DNA of 64,000 nt from Nitrospira sp. (GTDB lineage Bacteria; Nitrospirota; Nitrospiria; Nitrospirales; Nitrospiraceae). How positions within the stretch are numbered: the stretch's first letter is position 1; every line of letters begins with the position of its first letter. The stretch spans positions 2,752,001 to 2,816,000 of the forward strand of contig AP038806.1 of assembly GCA_047150005.1 (NCBI GenBank), in the 5' to 3' direction. Made by a program: the position numbers and the translations under genes. Positions 20,594 through 29,568 of this stretch are shown piece after piece. A model generated the notes under the pieces. The model was given only the letters and a program-made list of their open reading frames with translations. It searched no databases and was not told the origin of the DNA.

Positions 20594-22780
20594 ATGGCGA
20601 CGGCATCACCCCTGAATTCACACCTCCAAGAGCCAGTCGAATCCTCGTCTTTTCCTCTCGAGGACAGTGGGCTTGTATGCCTTCTCATCATGGCCCGCTT
20701 CCATGATGTGCCTGCCGATGCAGCGCAGTTGCGCCATCAGTTCGCCAGGTCCGGGTCTCTGTTCTCCGATATCGATATCCTGCGCGCTGCCAAACATCTC
20801 GGACTCAAGGCGCGCGTCCATCGCACGCAATGGAGCCGTTTGCCTGGGACTCCGTTGCCCGCTGTGGCAAGGCGACGCGACGGACGGTATGTGGTCCTGG
20901 CCAAGATGGAAGGCGACAGGGCGTTGATTCAAGACCCGGTACTCGGGCGTCCGCTGGTCCAGCTTCGCGAGGAGTTCGAATCGGGTTGGACCGGCGAGCT
21001 GCTGCTGTTTGCGAAACGCGCCCGTCTCAGGCCTCAGGATCTGAAGTTCGATTTCACCTGGTTCATTCCGGCGATCGTGAAATATCGCAAGTTTCTGGGC
21101 GAGGTGTTCCTGGCCTCGTTCTTTCTGCAACTGTTCGCTCTCCTCACACCGCTCTTTACCCAAGTGGTCATCGACAAGGTGCTCGTGCACAAAGGCTTCA
21201 CGACACTGCACGTCATGGCGATCGGCATGATCGCCCTGGCGCTGTTCGATGCGACGCTCGGGGGTCTGCGCACCTATTTGTTTTCGCATACGACTAACCG
21301 CATCGATGTCGGCCTCGGCGCGCAATTGTTCCGTCACATCCTCGGGCTCCCGTTGGCGTACTTCGAGGCGCGGCGTGTCGGGGATACGGTCGCGCGGGTT
21401 CGTGAGCTGGAACACATCAGGCAGTTTCTCACGAGCAATTCCGTCACCGTGGTTCTGGATCTGTTCTTTACGTTTGTGTTCCTTGTGGTCATGTGGCTTT
21501 ACAGTCCCACGCTGAGCCTAGTCGTCATGGCGTCGCTGCCGCTCTATGCCCTCTTGTCCATGACGATCACCCCGGCTATCCGCGCCAGGCTCCATGAGAA
21601 ATGTAATCGGGGCGCGGACAACCAATCGTTTCTCGTGGAAGCGGTAAGCGGCATTCAGACGATTAAAGCTCTCGCCGTCGAGCCGCCGCTGGTGCGTGCA
21701 TGGGAGGAGCAGCTCGCCGCCTATGTGCGAGCCAGTTTTCGGGCGACCATCCTCATTACAGGAGCGAGCCAGATTGCCTCGTGCATTCAGAAGATCACCG
21801 TGGTCGCCGTGCTCTGGGTCGGCGCCTATCGGGTGATCGACGGAGATCTGACCATCGGTCAATTGATCGCCTTTAATATGTTGTCCGCTCAGGTCACAGG
21901 CCCGCTGCTCCGTATCGTGAACCTTTGGCAGGAGCTCCAGCAGGTCGGCATTTCCGTTCAACGGCTGGGCGATGTACTGAATACGCAGGTGGAGCCTTCG
22001 TACAGCGTCAGTCGAACCGCGCTTCAGCCGGCGCGTGGTCAAGTGGCTTTTGAGGAGGTCAGCTTCCGGTACCGTCCGGACGGATCCGAAGTGTTGCGCA
22101 AGGTCTCGTTCTCAGTCATGCCGGGACATATCATAGGGATCGTCGGGAAATCCGGGTCCGGCAAGAGCACGATTGCGAGGTTGATCCAGCGGCTCTATGT
22201 TCCCGAGCGCGGACGGATACTCGTCGATGGTGTGGACGTGGCACAGGTCGATCCCACTTCATTACGCCGGCAGGTGGGTGTCGTACTCCAGGACAACTTC
22301 CTGTTCAATCGCTCGGTCCGCGACAACATTGCCTTGACCGATCCAGGAATTGGGGTCGAACAGGTGATGCAGGCGGCCAAGCTGGCCGGCGCCCATGACT
22401 TCATTCTCGAACTACCTGCAGGCTATGACACGCCGGTAGGCGAGCAGGGCTGTTCGTTATCAGGCGGACAGCGCCAGCGGATCGCCATCGCGCGAGCCCT
22501 GATCGCCAATCCACCGATCCTGATCTTTGACGAAGCCACCAGCGCTCTCGATTATGAATCGGAAGCTGTCATTCAGCGAAACATGGCACAGATCTGCAAC
22601 AAACGAACGGTCTTCATTATCGCCCATCGGTTGAGCGCAGTGCGGCCTGCCCATCGCATCTACGTCGTGGAAAAGGGAGAAATCATCGAAGACGGCACCC
22701 ATGATGACTTGCTTGGGAGAAACGGTTCCTATGCGCGGCTATGCAGGCTTCAAGACGGGCGGCTCGAGGTGGGCATTTAA
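20594..22780 (+). CDS. hlyB: Type I secretion ABC transporter (HlyB family) with inactive C39-like domain
   Basis: DSGLVCL (C39 catalytic Cys replaced), FDFTWFIPAIVKYR, GKSGSGKST, LSGGQRQR, ILIFDEATSALD. Confidence 0.95.
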   Translation: MATASPLNSHLQEPVESSSFPLEDSGLVCLLIMARFHDVPADAAQLRHQFARSGSLFSDIDILRAAKHLGLKARVHRTQWSRLPGTPLPAVARRRDGRYVVLAKMEGDRALIQDPVLGRPLVQLREEFESGWTGELLLFAKRARLRPQDLKFDFTWFIPAIVKYRKFLGEVFLASFFLQLFALLTPLFTQVVIDKVLVHKGFTTLHVMAIGMIALALFDATLGGLRTYLFSHTTNRIDVGLGAQLFRHILGLPLAYFEARRVGDTVARVRELEHIRQFLTSNSVTVVLDLFFTFVFLVVMWLYSPTLSLVVMASLPLYALLSMTITPAIRARLHEKCNRGADNQSFLVEAVSGIQTIKALAVEPPLVRAWEEQLAAYVRASFRATILITGASQIASCIQKITVVAVLWVGAYRVIDGDLTIGQLIAFNMLSAQVTGPLLRIVNLWQELQQVGISVQRLGDVLNTQVEPSYSVSRTALQPARGQVAFEEVSFRYRPDGSEVLRKVSFSVMPGHIIGIVGKSGSGKSTIARLIQRLYVPERGRILVDGVDVAQVDPTSLRRQVGVVLQDNFLFNRSVRDNIALTDPGIGVEQVMQAAKLAGAHDFILELPAGYDTPVGEQGCSLSGGQRQRIAIARALIANPPILIFDEATSALDYESEAVIQRNMAQICNKRTVFIIAHRLSAVRPAHRIYVVEKGEIIEDGTHDDLLGRNGSYARLCRLQDGRLEVGI

Positions 22781-22784
22781 CAGA

Positions 22785-24143
22785 ATGAAGGTGGGAGAGA
22801 GACAGGCGACAGAATTTCTCCCCGCCGTGCTGGAAATGCAGCAGGCGCCGCCTTCGCCGATTGGTCGCGCGATTGTCTGGGTGATTATGATGGTCTTCAC
22901 GTCCGGCGTGCTGTGGGCGACATTCGGCTGGATTGATATCGTGGCCATCGCCCAAGGCAGGATCATTCCCAGCGGCTATTCCAAAGTGATTCAGCCCTAT
23001 GAAGCCGGTGTCATCGCCGCTATTCATGTTCAAGATGGTCAGGTCGTGAAACGAGGTGATGTGCTGATCGAACTCGATCCGACGCTGAACCGGGCCGATC
23101 GAGACCGTGCCTCGAACGAATACCGGGCAGCCAGGGTCGAAGCGGCCCGCTTGCGGGCACTGATCGCCGGCCAATCGACTTTCGACCCTCCGGCTGACGG
23201 AGATGCAACCTACATTGTCTTGCAACAACAACTTCTCCTCGATGAGCGAGCCGAGCATCAATCCCGCATGCAGGCGGCGCAGCATGTGATCGATCAACGG
23301 AAGGCTGCCATCGGGCAAACCAAAGAAGAGATTCATCGATTGGAAGCGACCGTACCCATGGAAACGGAACGGGCCGAAACCTTCAAGTCGCTCCTGGAAT
23401 ATCAGGCTGCGACGAAGATGGAGTATATCCAGGCCGAAGAGCAGCGCATCGACCGAACCCAAGAATTGGCCGGACAGCGCATGAAGCTGGTTCAGGGCCG
23501 CGCGACCTTGGCGGAAAGCGAGAAGAACTACCGAGTGATCGTGTCGGAATTTCAGCAAACCAAGCAGACCGAGCTGGCGACTCTTGAAACCAAGGCCGCC
23601 TCCCTTGCCCAAGAGGTGACGAAGGCCGGACAAAAAGCGACGCTCCAGTGGCTGACGGCGCCGATCGATGGCGTGGTGCAGCAACTGGCCGTGCACACGG
23701 TGGGAGGAGTCGTCACCTCGGCGCAACAGCTGTTGGTCGTGGTGCCGGAAGATCATCCCGTGGAAGTGGCGGCGCAGGTCGAGAATAAGGATGTGGGGTT
23801 TGTCAAAGAAGGCCAGTCTGTCGAGATCAAGGTGGAAACCTTCCCGTTTACGCTCTATGGCACGATTCCGGGCCAGGTGATCACGGTGTCGGATGATGCA
23901 GTCCTACTCGACCGTGAAAGGACGAACGCAGAACAGCCGACTCAAGCCAAGGTGGCGGAGCAACTGGTCTATGCCACCCGCGTGCGATTGGAACGGTCTA
24001 CTATCCTCGTCAATGGGAAAACGGTGAACCTCTCTCCCGGCATGGCCGTCTCCGTCGAGATCAAGACCGGGAAGCGACGGATCATCGAATATCTCTTGAG
24101 CCCCTTGCTCAAATCCGTCAAAGAGAGTTTGCGGGAACGATAA
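22785..24143 (+). CDS. hlyD: Type I secretion membrane fusion protein (HlyD family)
   Basis: EFLPAVLE...PPSP, APIDGVVQQL.VHTVGGVV, LSPGMAVSVEIKTGKRRIIEYLLSPL...ER. Confidence 0.95.
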   Translation: MKVGERQATEFLPAVLEMQQAPPSPIGRAIVWVIMMVFTSGVLWATFGWIDIVAIAQGRIIPSGYSKVIQPYEAGVIAAIHVQDGQVVKRGDVLIELDPTLNRADRDRASNEYRAARVEAARLRALIAGQSTFDPPADGDATYIVLQQQLLLDERAEHQSRMQAAQHVIDQRKAAIGQTKEEIHRLEATVPMETERAETFKSLLEYQAATKMEYIQAEEQRIDRTQELAGQRMKLVQGRATLAESEKNYRVIVSEFQQTKQTELATLETKAASLAQEVTKAGQKATLQWLTAPIDGVVQQLAVHTVGGVVTSAQQLLVVVPEDHPVEVAAQVENKDVGFVKEGQSVEIKVETFPFTLYGTIPGQVITVSDDAVLLDRERTNAEQPTQAKVAEQLVYATRVRLERSTILVNGKTVNLSPGMAVSVEIKTGKRRIIEYLLSPLLKSVKESLRER

Positions 24144-24266
24144 CATGCATCAACTCAACGGCTATCAGGAGAAGGCCAACCATCTCGCGGGACCGCCGGA
24201 AGGGACACTCGTGACAGATCGTACTTCGATCTTGCGCCACAAAAGCAAAGGTGGTAGCGTGTTTCC

Positions 24267-24443
24267 ATGACACAGCTCGCACAACAACTCGACAAGAAAC
24301 TCGCCACGTGGAGCCCGGACGTCGCGGCGCAGGTGGAGCAACTGATCAGCGACGTGATCGCCATGGCCGACGCCAACGCTCTGGATCTCCTCCCCTCTCG
24401 GACAGCGGTACAGAAAGTCCTCGACACGCTCGATGAAAGCTAA
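24267..24443 (+). CDS. Putative antitoxin (58 aa, not in ORF track)
   Basis: MTQLAQQLDKKLATWSPDVAAQVEQLISDVIAMADANALDLLPSRTAVQKVLDTLDES; acidic; overlaps the toxin start by 11 nt. Confidence 0.7.
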   Translation: MTQLAQQLDKKLATWSPDVAAQVEQLISDVIAMADANALDLLPSRTAVQKVLDTLDES

Positions 24444-24750
24444 GCCAGGGGAGATCTGGCTCGCCGAACTCGGCTTGGCCGCCAAACGGCGTCCCGTTCT
24501 TGTCGTCTCTCACTATGATCCCGATGCGCCGCGCGCCCTTATTGTGTATGTTCCTCTCACAACCCAGCATCGGGGAAGCCGCTATGAAGTCCTCGTCGGA
24601 CATCTGCCGTTTCTTGATGAGGTCTCCGTGGTGAATGTCCAAGGCATAGGGCCCTTGGTCGAACCCCACCTCGAACGCAAGCTTGGCCAGCTTCCATCGG
24701 ACACCTTCGCGCAGGTCAAAAACGCTCTCCGCTTTGTACTCGAATTGTAA
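24433..24750 (+). CDS. PemK/MazF family toxin (endoribonuclease)
   Basis: PGEIWLAELG...KRRPVLVVS...VPLTT...RKLGQL. Confidence 0.9.
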   Translation: MKAKPGEIWLAELGLAAKRRPVLVVSHYDPDAPRALIVYVPLTTQHRGSRYEVLVGHLPFLDEVSVVNVQGIGPLVEPHLERKLGQLPSDTFAQVKNALRFVLEL

Positions 24751-24956
24751 GGCTTCGTTTGCTTTTTCGCGCTCCTAACGCATTTTACCAAAGACAGCCT
24801 CTCTTCATTTCAAGTCGATTCGTGTGAGTCCTTTCCATCGAAGAATGGGATGACCGGTTGCCATTGGTTTCTTGGAACGGTCAAAAGAAACGGGCGTGCC
24901 GAAAGGGGAGAGATGAAAGGAGGGTGGGGTTGTCCGCGCCCGCGCCGTACTGCCCA

Positions 24957-25664
24957 TTACCCATAGTTGGGTTCGAGGGCCTCCCGAGGGCGTGCTGTTG
25001 TTGAGGAAGGGAACTCCACCGGGAGGGCGCCGAGACGCCCGCTTCGTTCTGACAGCGGGAAAATCATACAGGACAGCAGCCCCGTCCTGGTCGTCGTGTG
25101 TGTCTTCTGCATTAGGCGCTTCAAGTGTTCCTTCACCGTGTGTTCGCTCAGATTGATACGATTGGCGATCTCCTTGTTCGTAAATCCCAGCATCAGATAG
25201 ATGATCACCATCTGTTCACGCTCGGTCAGGTGGTATCGGTCTTGGATCCTGGTTTCCGCACAGGTCGCGGCTTGCCGGAGCGTTTCAAGCATAATGAGCA
25301 CGCGACTCTTCGTCTCGTCGCCCTGATCGGACATGCGCCATCCCCGGATGAGAAGCCGATCCTCGGATAGGTCGACGACTCGCTCGATGTACTGCGGCCT
25401 GCAATCCTCGGAATCGTCGCCCGTCCATGCGGGAGGGTTGAGTTCGCGTAGCACCGTGCCGAGCTCCTCGGGCATGAGGCAGGCGCCGAACTCTCTCGTG
25501 GCGGCGGGCTGTAATCGTTGAATGAACAACGGGACCTGGTCATTCATGAAAAGGAGCTGCCCAAAATTATTGAACAGCATCACGCCGATTCTGGCATGAC
25601 GCCAAGGACCAGCCGCATGTTTTCTCTGCTGATTCGGCGCCGGTGCCTCTCGTTCAAGGTTCAT
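24957..25664 (-). CDS. LuxR-family HTH regulator with PAS-like N-terminus (copy A)
   Basis: LTEREQ...GFTNKEIANRINLSEHTVKEHLKRLMQK; no receiver domain. Confidence 0.88.
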   Translation of the reverse strand: MNLEREAPAPNQQRKHAAGPWRHARIGVMLFNNFGQLLFMNDQVPLFIQRLQPAATREFGACLMPEELGTVLRELNPPAWTGDDSEDCRPQYIERVVDLSEDRLLIRGWRMSDQGDETKSRVLIMLETLRQAATCAETRIQDRYHLTEREQMVIIYLMLGFTNKEIANRINLSEHTVKEHLKRLMQKTHTTTRTGLLSCMIFPLSERSGRLGALPVEFPSSTTARPREALEPNYG

Positions 25665-25863
25665 CAAAGGGCTTTCCTGGTTATCCCCGTTCACGTGGTC
25701 GGATCGGCCTAGCTGCCTCATTATGCAATATGGAGACCCCCCTAGAGATCCCCCTAGGTCGCAGACTGGCCGATAGATCAGCCATCATCTGGAAATCACA
25801 CGTATAGTCATAGAGTTGTGTTCATTGGATCCCATCGTACTTTTCGGAGGAAATAATGTCTGC

Positions 25864-25909
25864 TGGATCCATTTAGTAGATACGAATGGACCCATTTAGT
25901 AGGTACGAA
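25864..25909. repeat. Tandem 23-bp direct repeat upstream of LuxR copy A
   Basis: tggatccatttagtagatacgaa / tggacccatttagtaggtacgaa (2 mismatches). Confidence 0.8.
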
Positions 25910-26011
25910 CAGATTCAGCATGAATTGCATTTGATCCAGGCGGCAAGGCTGTCAAGCTGGGTGGTAGGACGTAAGAGCGCGGGTAAATCGGGCTGTTGGA
26001 ACGGTCGGTAG

Positions 26012-26803
26012 CTAGACCGAAATGGTCTGGCCCTCTTGAAGAACCGTGAGCGAGGGGAGGCGCAACTGATTGAGTTCGCGCACGATCTCATCCGTGTACG
26101 CCGGCTTGAGATGATAGGCATAGACGGCAATATCCGCACGACTCAGCTTGCGAAGCTCCTCTGCAAGCAAGGCGGGCGTGAGGTGTTTGCTGATGCGCGC
26201 GAGATCATGCTTGGCATTCGGATAGGAACATTCGATGAACACCGCCTTGAGGTCCGGAATACGTTTGGCTACCGACCACAATTCCTCGGTCACGTACGTG
26301 TCTCCGCTGTACAACAGAGCGGCACTCCGATTCCGAATAATGAACCCCGCGGCCGGCACCGTGTGGTTCACGAGCACCGGACTGATCTCGAAGCCTTCCA
26401 CGGAATAACATTTTCCTGCCTCGATCGCCTGAGCCACAAAGATGGGGTTCTCCGCTGTCGGAATCCTGAAGAAATCGGGATAGACGGATGTGTTGAAGAT
26501 GTGCCGCTTCAAGCCTGAGATGACTTCTGGCAGGGCGGCAATCGTCACGGGTGAGGCGGCACCCTCACTGAGATTGTCGGCGAAGGTGGGCAGGCCCTTG
26601 ATGTGATCAAAATGCAAATGTGACAGGAGAACATGACGAATCTGCTTCTGCTCTTCGAACACAAGCTTTGCGGCGATTGTCCCTGCATCGAGGAGTACGG
26701 TGCCGTTCAGCAGGAAGCCGCAAGTGTTGCACTCTGTCCGGCCACGGCCACCCGTCTTCAGCAGACTGTCGGACCCGTGACAGCCAAGGATTCGTATATT
26801 CAC
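26012..26803 (-). CDS. 3',5'-cyclic nucleotide phosphodiesterase, class II-like (MBL fold)
   Basis: ILGCHG, LLDAGT, SHLHFDHIKG, HIFN..YPDF, VNHTVP, SGDT, IECSYPN, HLTP, YHLKP. Confidence 0.85.
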   Translation of the reverse strand: MNIRILGCHGSDSLLKTGGRGRTECNTCGFLLNGTVLLDAGTIAAKLVFEEQKQIRHVLLSHLHFDHIKGLPTFADNLSEGAASPVTIAALPEVISGLKRHIFNTSVYPDFFRIPTAENPIFVAQAIEAGKCYSVEGFEISPVLVNHTVPAAGFIIRNRSAALLYSGDTYVTEELWSVAKRIPDLKAVFIECSYPNAKHDLARISKHLTPALLAEELRKLSRADIAVYAYHLKPAYTDEIVRELNQLRLPSLTVLQEGQTISV

Positions 26804-26910
26804 CGCCTGACCTTCTGACTCATCGAGTGTTTAGCCGGTGCTCACCGGTGTTCGCCGCCGCCGGTGCCATTTGACCGTCACGATCCGGTGGCACCTGCGA
26901 TCATATCCGG

Positions 26911-27366
26911 TCACTCGCCCTGTGATTGTCGAAGCGCATAGAGGTTGGCTGCTGTACCCACTTTCTGAAGCAATATCTCGCGTGCCGCAGGCTTGCGTAT
27001 CCAGTCACAGACTCCATTCTGCACAATCCCTTCGAGGAACGTTGCATCTGCAGCGCCGCTGAACACGATGATCGGAATGGTCGAGTAGTGCGTCCGGAAA
27101 TGGGCGATGAGCTCTTTCCCGCTGGTCTTTGGCATTTCGAGGTCGACCAACAGGACGCATACCGTGTTGGCGTTCGCCTGGGTGTTCATGATGTCTATGG
27201 CGCTGTGAGAATCCGCTGCCATGAGCACACCATAGCCTTCCCGGCTAAGCACCAAACGGACGGTCTCCCGAATGAGGGGATCGTCATCGACCACTAGGAC
27301 TCTTCCTCGCACGGGGGGGCCATGCAATGCCGGTTTGGTCGGTTCCTCTTGATCAAACGGTGTCAT
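26911..27366 (-). CDS. Stand-alone response regulator receiver (paralog 1)
   Basis: VLVVDDD, VDLEMPK, PIIVFSG, IRKP. Confidence 0.88.
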   Translation of the reverse strand: MTPFDQEEPTKPALHGPPVRGRVLVVDDDPLIRETVRLVLSREGYGVLMAADSHSAIDIMNTQANANTVCVLLVDLEMPKTSGKELIAHFRTHYSTIPIIVFSGAADATFLEGIVQNGVCDWIRKPAAREILLQKVGTAANLYALRQSQGE

Positions 27367-27525
27367 GCCTCTCCTCTTCATCGATCTCTCTGCGGAAAAG
27401 GGTGTTACTCGCCGGATGGTTCATCGGTGCGGACGCACTGTACTCTCATGTTTGTCATAGATGGAACATCCCCAAATGAGGGGGGAACCGGTTCGCTGTC
27501 TCCCGAATGATCGTCCGGTCTCTCT

Positions 27526-27543
27526 TCCCCTCGTTTGAGGGGA
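27526..27543. promoter_or_regulatory. Palindromic operator copy between divergent receiver genes
   Basis: TCCCCTCGTTTGAGGGGA; a degenerate copy lies at about 27468-27486. Confidence 0.7.
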
Positions 27544-27667
27544 TACCTAGCTTGCGGGGATTGCGGCGACCTGGGAAATGACCTATACATCACCTTAAAA
27601 AGATACAAAATGAGCGGGACCTCCTTCTATGAGCGAATGGTCGGCGTTTGGGACCTCTCCATTGGCT

Positions 27668-28084
27668 ATGACTAAGCGCGAGGACAAGCAGATTGTTCAA
27701 GGTCGTATCCTGGTCGTCGATGATGATCCGCATGTGAGAAAGACGATCCACTTTGCCTTGCAACAAGGAGGGTATGATGTCTGCGAGGCCCAAAACGGCG
27801 AACAGGCCATTGATGCGATTCAGCAGATGTCTTCTGAACAGATGATCGACGTGATCCTTTGCGATCTCGAAATGCCGAAGATGGGCGGCAACAGCGTGAT
27901 TCCCTTCTTCAGGTCCCAATTCCCGACCATTCCCATCATCGTCATGACCGGCTTTCCTGATGTGCAAAATGCGACCGCGCTCTTTAAACAAGGAGTCGTG
28001 GATTACCTCATTAAGCCGGTGGAGCCGGGAACATTGTTAGAGGCGGTGAGGCGGGCGATGGGTGAGCAGGCCATGTTGGGATAG
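27668..28084 (+). CDS. Stand-alone response regulator receiver (paralog 2)
   Basis: ILVVDDD, CDLEMPKMGG, PIIVMTG, YLIKP. Confidence 0.9.
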   Translation: MTKREDKQIVQGRILVVDDDPHVRKTIHFALQQGGYDVCEAQNGEQAIDAIQQMSSEQMIDVILCDLEMPKMGGNSVIPFFRSQFPTIPIIVMTGFPDVQNATALFKQGVVDYLIKPVEPGTLLEAVRRAMGEQAMLG

Positions 28085-28137
28085 GCGACCCTCCGTCAGA
28101 TGAGGCCGGTCCAGAGGTGATGCGCTTCGCCGATGGC

Positions 28138-29475
28138 TCACCGCGGTGCGGCATGCACATGTCCCTGGGGAGCGAGTGGAAGCGCGATGTGGACCGTCGT
28201 TCCGCTCCCGATCTCGCTCTCGACCCACACCTTTCCTCCGTGGGCGTCAACGACATCTTTGACGATCTTCGTGCCGAGCCCCGTTCCTCCCACCTTCGTG
28301 CTCATCGCGCGTTTCGTGAATAGTCGATCGCGGATTTCGGGAGGCATCCCGCGGCCGGTGTCCATGACGGAGACGACAATGCCGCCGTCCTCCCGGCCGT
28401 CTCTTCCCCGAACGGTCACGGTGCCGCCGGCAGAGACTTCGGGGACGGCGTTGTTGACCAGATTGTAGAAGGCATTGTAGAGCCTTCGTTGATCCGCGAT
28501 GATCAGCGGCAGCAGTTCAAGATTCTCGGTTCGTAACGTCACCTTCTTCTCTTGTGCCAGGACGCCCAAAGACTTGAATACGGTCTTGATCACTTCCTGA
28601 ATCTCGCAAGCCGAAAACTCGAGCGGGGAACTGAGTCCCTTGACCGCATCGGCAATCTCTCGTACGCGATCCTGAATCCGGTGTGCGTCATCCTTCAGCA
28701 TTTGGATGACCTCATTGCACAAGTCGCGGCTCGCCTCGGCCCGTTCGGTGTCGATTTCAGGAATGCGTGAGAGGAGATCATTGATTTCGGCCTGCAGGAT
28801 GCCGGCCCCGCAGACGACCGGCATGAGCAGGTTCTTGATGTCATGGCTCACGTCCCCCATCATCTGCGCCACTTCCGCGAGTTTGGCCGCTTCGAAGAGC
28901 CACGTATGTTCAATCGCTGCGGCTGACAGCGCGGAAATGACGATCAGAATGGCCAGATCGTCTCGGTTCAAGCACGTGCCGCCCCGCTTGTTCATGACCT
29001 GAATGACGCCGATCGGATCGCCTTCCCACCGTTTGAGAGGAATCGTAATCATGTCGTGCGTGACCGAGCCGGTCGCTTGGTCGATTTTGGGGAAATGGCG
29101 ATCGTCCGTCTGAGCATCCGGCACAATGTCCGGCAGTCCGGTCTTAAAGACCGTTCCGGCGATGCCTTTGTCCCAGGGGATGGTTGTTCCATGCGGCACC
29201 GGCTTCTCGCCGACCGAATGATAAAAGACCAACTCTTGTTTCTCGGGGTCAGCCAGCAGAATGGACCCGTTCTCTGCGTTCACCACATCCAGCGCGATGG
29301 TGAGTGCGTGCTCGAGCAAATCCTGTAACTTGATCTTTTTGGAAAAGACCTCCGCCATCCGTCGGACGGCGCCGAACTCGATCTCACGACGGCCGAGGAG
29401 CCGCTGAAGGTCCTGTTCACTCGGCAACTGCTGCGGCTGGATGGGTGAAGGATTCGCGACATTGTGTTGCGTCAT
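28138..29475 (-). CDS. Cytoplasmic GAF-domain sensor histidine kinase (copy A)
   Basis: GAF (IDQATG...MITIPL...VMNK); H-box SHDIKN; NLVNNA, DTGRGM, GGTGLG. Confidence 0.92.
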   Translation of the reverse strand: MTQHNVANPSPIQPQQLPSEQDLQRLLGRREIEFGAVRRMAEVFSKKIKLQDLLEHALTIALDVVNAENGSILLADPEKQELVFYHSVGEKPVPHGTTIPWDKGIAGTVFKTGLPDIVPDAQTDDRHFPKIDQATGSVTHDMITIPLKRWEGDPIGVIQVMNKRGGTCLNRDDLAILIVISALSAAAIEHTWLFEAAKLAEVAQMMGDVSHDIKNLLMPVVCGAGILQAEINDLLSRIPEIDTERAEASRDLCNEVIQMLKDDAHRIQDRVREIADAVKGLSSPLEFSACEIQEVIKTVFKSLGVLAQEKKVTLRTENLELLPLIIADQRRLYNAFYNLVNNAVPEVSAGGTVTVRGRDGREDGGIVVSVMDTGRGMPPEIRDRLFTKRAMSTKVGGTGLGTKIVKDVVDAHGGKVWVESEIGSGTTVHIALPLAPQGHVHAAPR

Positions 29476-29568
29476 GGTGATCTTCTCCTTGTGGTGCAAA
29501 CCCTTGGCTCATCGACTCCCTGCCCCGCCGTGTCGTGCATGCGACGACCCGCCGATCCTGAGTGGACA

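Noticed and set aside
20594..24143. Missing TolC as a sign of a broken T1SS
   Set aside because: TolC is commonly encoded elsewhere; hlyB and hlyD look intact
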